Shown piece by piece: positions 61,701 to 64,000 of a stretch of DNA of 64,000 bases. The position numbers and the translations under genes are program-made. The DNA comes from Lytechinus pictus (taxonomy: Eukaryota): NCBI RefSeq assembly GCF_037042905.1, contig NC_087245.1, forward strand, positions 39,806,001-39,870,000. The letters run 5' to 3'. The notes under the pieces are model-generated. The model had not been told where the DNA came from and ran no database searches. It was given only the letters and a program-made list of their open reading frames with translations. Each line of letters opens with the position of its first letter. Positions within the stretch are counted from its first letter, which is position 1.

Positions 61701-62833
61701 AGGTATGATCATGATTAATCAACCTACTACACAAAAAATGAGCCAGTAACAATGGAAGGTTTTCATCATTATTAGCCATGAATATATATATTGCATAAAA
61801 TAATCAATCAAGAGAAATGTACTTTGGAATGGGTACTTAAAGAGAAAACCACATATCCCTGATAATTAAGTTACTGACATGGCAGAAAGTTTTCCTTGCC
61901 CCTTGTCACAATTTACTTACCCAGTTGCCAATTTGAAATATGCATAGTCTTAGGGATTTCAATTTCAAAGCAGCCATAACTTCCTTATTGCTTATCTGAT
62001 TTCTTTCAAACTTTCACCATATTTTTTTTCCAACGCAACATTTTATGACCAAGGCTGAATTCCCCTCTAAATATTGTTTTTCGCAGATCTTGGGGCAACT
62101 TTAGAAAAGAAAGTCACCCCGATGCATTTAATGTTAGGAATTTTAATAATAATAACAATATTCAGTTCTTTTATAGCACATAACACATAGCTACACATGT
62201 CCCTATGCACTTGGATGAAAATAAGGAAACTGAGAAATTAGAAAGTAAGTAAAGAGTGTTGGGCACTGAATTCATTACAAGTTAAACATATACTTTTTTA
62301 GGGAAGTCTTATCTGAGTCATGTATATTTCTCATATAATTAGGAAGTGCATTCCATAAGACGGAAGAGGCATGTGCAATGAGCACTCACCATATGTTTTG
62401 GTAAAGATGGGAGGAATAGCAAACAGCCGTTTTGTGCTTGATCTTAGAGTACCAGTAGTCTGATGTAAAGTTAATAGTTCGTTTAAATACGATGGAGCTA
62501 TCTCATGGAAGCATTCATATGCAAAACTAATAATTTGAAAAAATACGAGAATGAACAGGAAGCCAATGTAAATTTCGTAAAACAGGGGTGATTGATTCAT
62601 ATTTCCGAAGTTTGAGTAACTAAACTAGGGGCAAATGAGCTGCCATGGCAAAATCACCCGTCGTCTTCATGTATTTCATATGCTGATTGGTTACCTTTTT
62701 TAATTCTTTCTCTCTGTGGTCCAGCTTCTCTGTATCGATTCCAGGCCTCGTCTGTCTTACTCTTTAACCTGAAGAGCTTCTGACGGATCTCGTCTTCTTT
62801 AGATTTCAGCTCCGAAACTTTCTTAAAATAAAT
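54562..62833 (-). CDS. Coiled-coil protein resembling Bfr1/PPI1 with a long acidic disordered tail; 3' six coding exons, 5' end beyond the window
   Basis: complement(join(54562-55719, 56697-56813, 58819-58961, 60188-60318, 61154-61310, 62695-62833)); GT-AG introns with consistent phases give one open frame of about 614 aa. Gene model is firm; the family call rests on motif order only. Confidence 0.85.
56697..56813 (-). CDS. Bfr1-like gene internal exon (NKPLRHSREIFNQFTSMGIPAPSTANEIQDCLDKLQEKM)
   Basis: CAG acceptor, GTGAGT donor, 117 nt, phase 0/0. Confidence 0.85.
56945..57533. mobile_element. Kolobok-type element family A, copy 6
   Basis: TTAA TSD at 56941-56944 and 57534-57537. Confidence 0.9.
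57820..58403. mobile_element. Kolobok-type element (family D)
   Basis: ATAA|AGGAGAATGAAAC ... GTTTCATTCTCCT|TTAA; long internal inverted repeat CCTCCCATTGGCAATGCGACCAAGATCTGTGATGTCACA. Confidence 0.82.
58454..58714. mobile_element. PIF/Harbinger-like MITE (family of 12301-12569)
   Basis: GGTCCTGTCTTACAAAGAG ... CTTTGTCAGACGGGGCC. Confidence 0.75.
58819..58961 (-). CDS. Bfr1-like gene internal exon with acidic then basic cluster (YTILRKKGDEDDEVFEKAANSKKKKSRRKSWL)
   Basis: CTACAG acceptor, GTAAGT donor, phase 1 to 0. Confidence 0.85.
59092..60113 (-). mobile_element. Non-autonomous Helentron/DINE-like element with internal 165-190 bp tandem repeats
   Basis: Minus strand: T-run, GTCTCACCTGC..GTGAGAC hairpin at one end; subterminal GCAGGTGAGAC and CACTTGTTT at the other; repeated TGACCTTTGACCT units; no TSD. 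Confidence 0.75.
60188..60318 (-). CDS. Bfr1-like gene internal exon (FEYETSREPFQEERAQIECLTTYLHRLLPK...)
   Basis: TTTCTCAG acceptor, GTACGT donor, phase 2 to 1. Confidence 0.85.
60691..60950 (-). mobile_element. Truncated second copy of the Helentron/DINE-like element
   Basis: AACAAGTGGAACGCCTCTGGCAGTCTCGCCTGC matches 59093-59125; one TGACCTTTGACC unit. Confidence 0.7.
61154..61310 (-). CDS. Bfr1-like gene coiled-coil exon (IDSLYDERRQLNADFQLQMRDYKEYNEWQKLENERRKEEEK...)
   Basis: CAG acceptor, GTAAG donor, phase 1 to 2. Confidence 0.87.
61885..62070. mobile_element. Partial copy of Kolobok family B (see 8865-9459)
   Basis: CCTTGCCCCTTGTCACAATTTACTTAC..AGTTGCCAATTTGAAAT..AAGGCTGAATTCCCCT is the reverse complement of about 8865-9060. 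Confidence 0.7.
62150..62540 (-). mobile_element. Degenerate L2/CR1-group LINE 3' fragment
   Basis: Translation HEIAPSYLNELL...LRSS..RLF.IP; (ATT)n-type tail near 62150. Confidence 0.55.
62695..62833 (-). CDS. Bfr1-like gene coiled-coil exon (IYFKKVSELKSKEDEIRQKLFRLKSKTDEAWNRYREAGPQRERIKK)
   Basis: TTGCCAG acceptor, GTAACC donor, phase 0 to 1, matching the next exon. Confidence 0.82.
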
Positions 62834-63374
62834 CTGGCAATGAGAGTTTCAAATGAGAGAACTTTCGTCAATATCAATTGCACGTTCACAACACATTCAC
62901 TTTCAAGCTTAAAGCCCTATTTCAGCTTTTGCAGGCAATTAAAGAGAAATGCAAGTTGTGGGTAACGATCTCAATGAGTTTTAACAGAATCCGATCAATT
63001 TAGATAGAACCAAATATTGAAGGTGCTCTAGGAACCATGGTTTTGTGCAAATTTCTTGATTATGCTCAGTTTAGCAAGTACGCTGAGAAAATTTATAATA
63101 TTGAATGCAAGCTTTTGTCAAAAAGTGCTATTAAAATGAAGTTTAATGAACACTTATTGATCTGGTTTGAGACCATAGTTAAATTATCCACCAATATAAA
63201 CATATTCATATTTACTTGAATAAACAGGGCAAACAAACCTCACAACAATTGAAGGAAAAAAAATATATATTTGGACGAAACTTTATCATGTCAATTTATT
63301 AACTGGGTTCTGTAGTCAACCATTAAACACTTCCAGGCATCTAGATGCTTCCGAAACCAAAACTGCTTACTTAA

Positions 63375-63977
63375 AGGTCAAGTCCACCTCAGAAAAATGT
63401 TGATTTGAATTGATAGAGAAAAATCAGATAAGCATAATGCTGAAAATTTCATCAAAATCGGATGTAAAATAAGAAAGTTATGACATTTTAAAGTTTCGCT
63501 TATTTTTCACAAAATAGTTACATGCACAATTTAGTCACATGCAAATGAGAGAATCGATGATGTCACTCACTCACTATTTCTTTTGTTTTTTATTGTTTGA
63601 ATTATACAATATTTCAATTTTTACAGATTTTCACAATAAGGACCAACTTGACTGAACCATAAAATGTTAAACAATGTTAATTCCACATGTCCAGGGAGAA
63701 ATAAAACTTTGTTCCACAGGACAATGCGGAGAAATTATAATATTTCGTATTTCATATAATGAAATACAAAAGAAATAGTGATTGAGTGATGTCATGTGTT
63801 CCCTCATTTGCATACCAACCGGTATGTGCATATAACAGTTTTGTGAAATTAAGCGAAACTTAAGAATATCCTAACTTTCTTATTTTACATCCGATTTTGA
63901 TGAAATTTTCAGCATTATGCTGGTTGGATTTTTCTCTTTTTATTCAAATCAACTTTTTGTTGGGGTGGACTTGACCT
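63375..63977. mobile_element. Kolobok-type element family A, copy 7 (opposite orientation)
   Basis: TTAA at 63371-63374 and 63978-63981. Confidence 0.9.
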
Positions 63978-64000
63978 TTAAATGTCAAATGATGCTTGGG

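Overview
AT-rich, intron- and repeat-rich animal genomic DNA. The repeat repertoire suggests an echinoderm, probably a sea urchin (inference). Host genes: (1) a complete six-exon PYCR3/PYCRL-type pyrroline-5-carboxylate reductase on + (CDS 28374-41637, 269 aa); (2) the six 3'-most coding exons of a minus-strand coiled-coil protein whose motif order resembles fungal Bfr1 / plant PPI1 (62833->54562, 5' part outside the window); (3) a possible short spliced non-coding transcript divergent from PYCR3 and two weak orphan exons. Most of the rest is mobile DNA: a decayed Crack/L2-group LINE (1-3422), MITEs of Kolobok, PIF/Harbinger, Tc1/mariner, hAT and Helentron type, tRNA-derived SINEs, a solo LTR, LINE fragments and several tandem repeats. 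The standout is a full-length, apparently intact 5.9-kb I-group (Nimb-like) LINE at 15331-21242 (-). It has a Gag-like ORF1 abutting an APE-RT-RNase H ORF2, sits in a (GAA)n microsatellite with a 15-bp TSD, starts with a structured 5' motif, and carries what looks like a tRNA-SINE/Deu-domain segment inside its own 3' UTR. All family assignments are by eye from recalled motifs; no database search was run.
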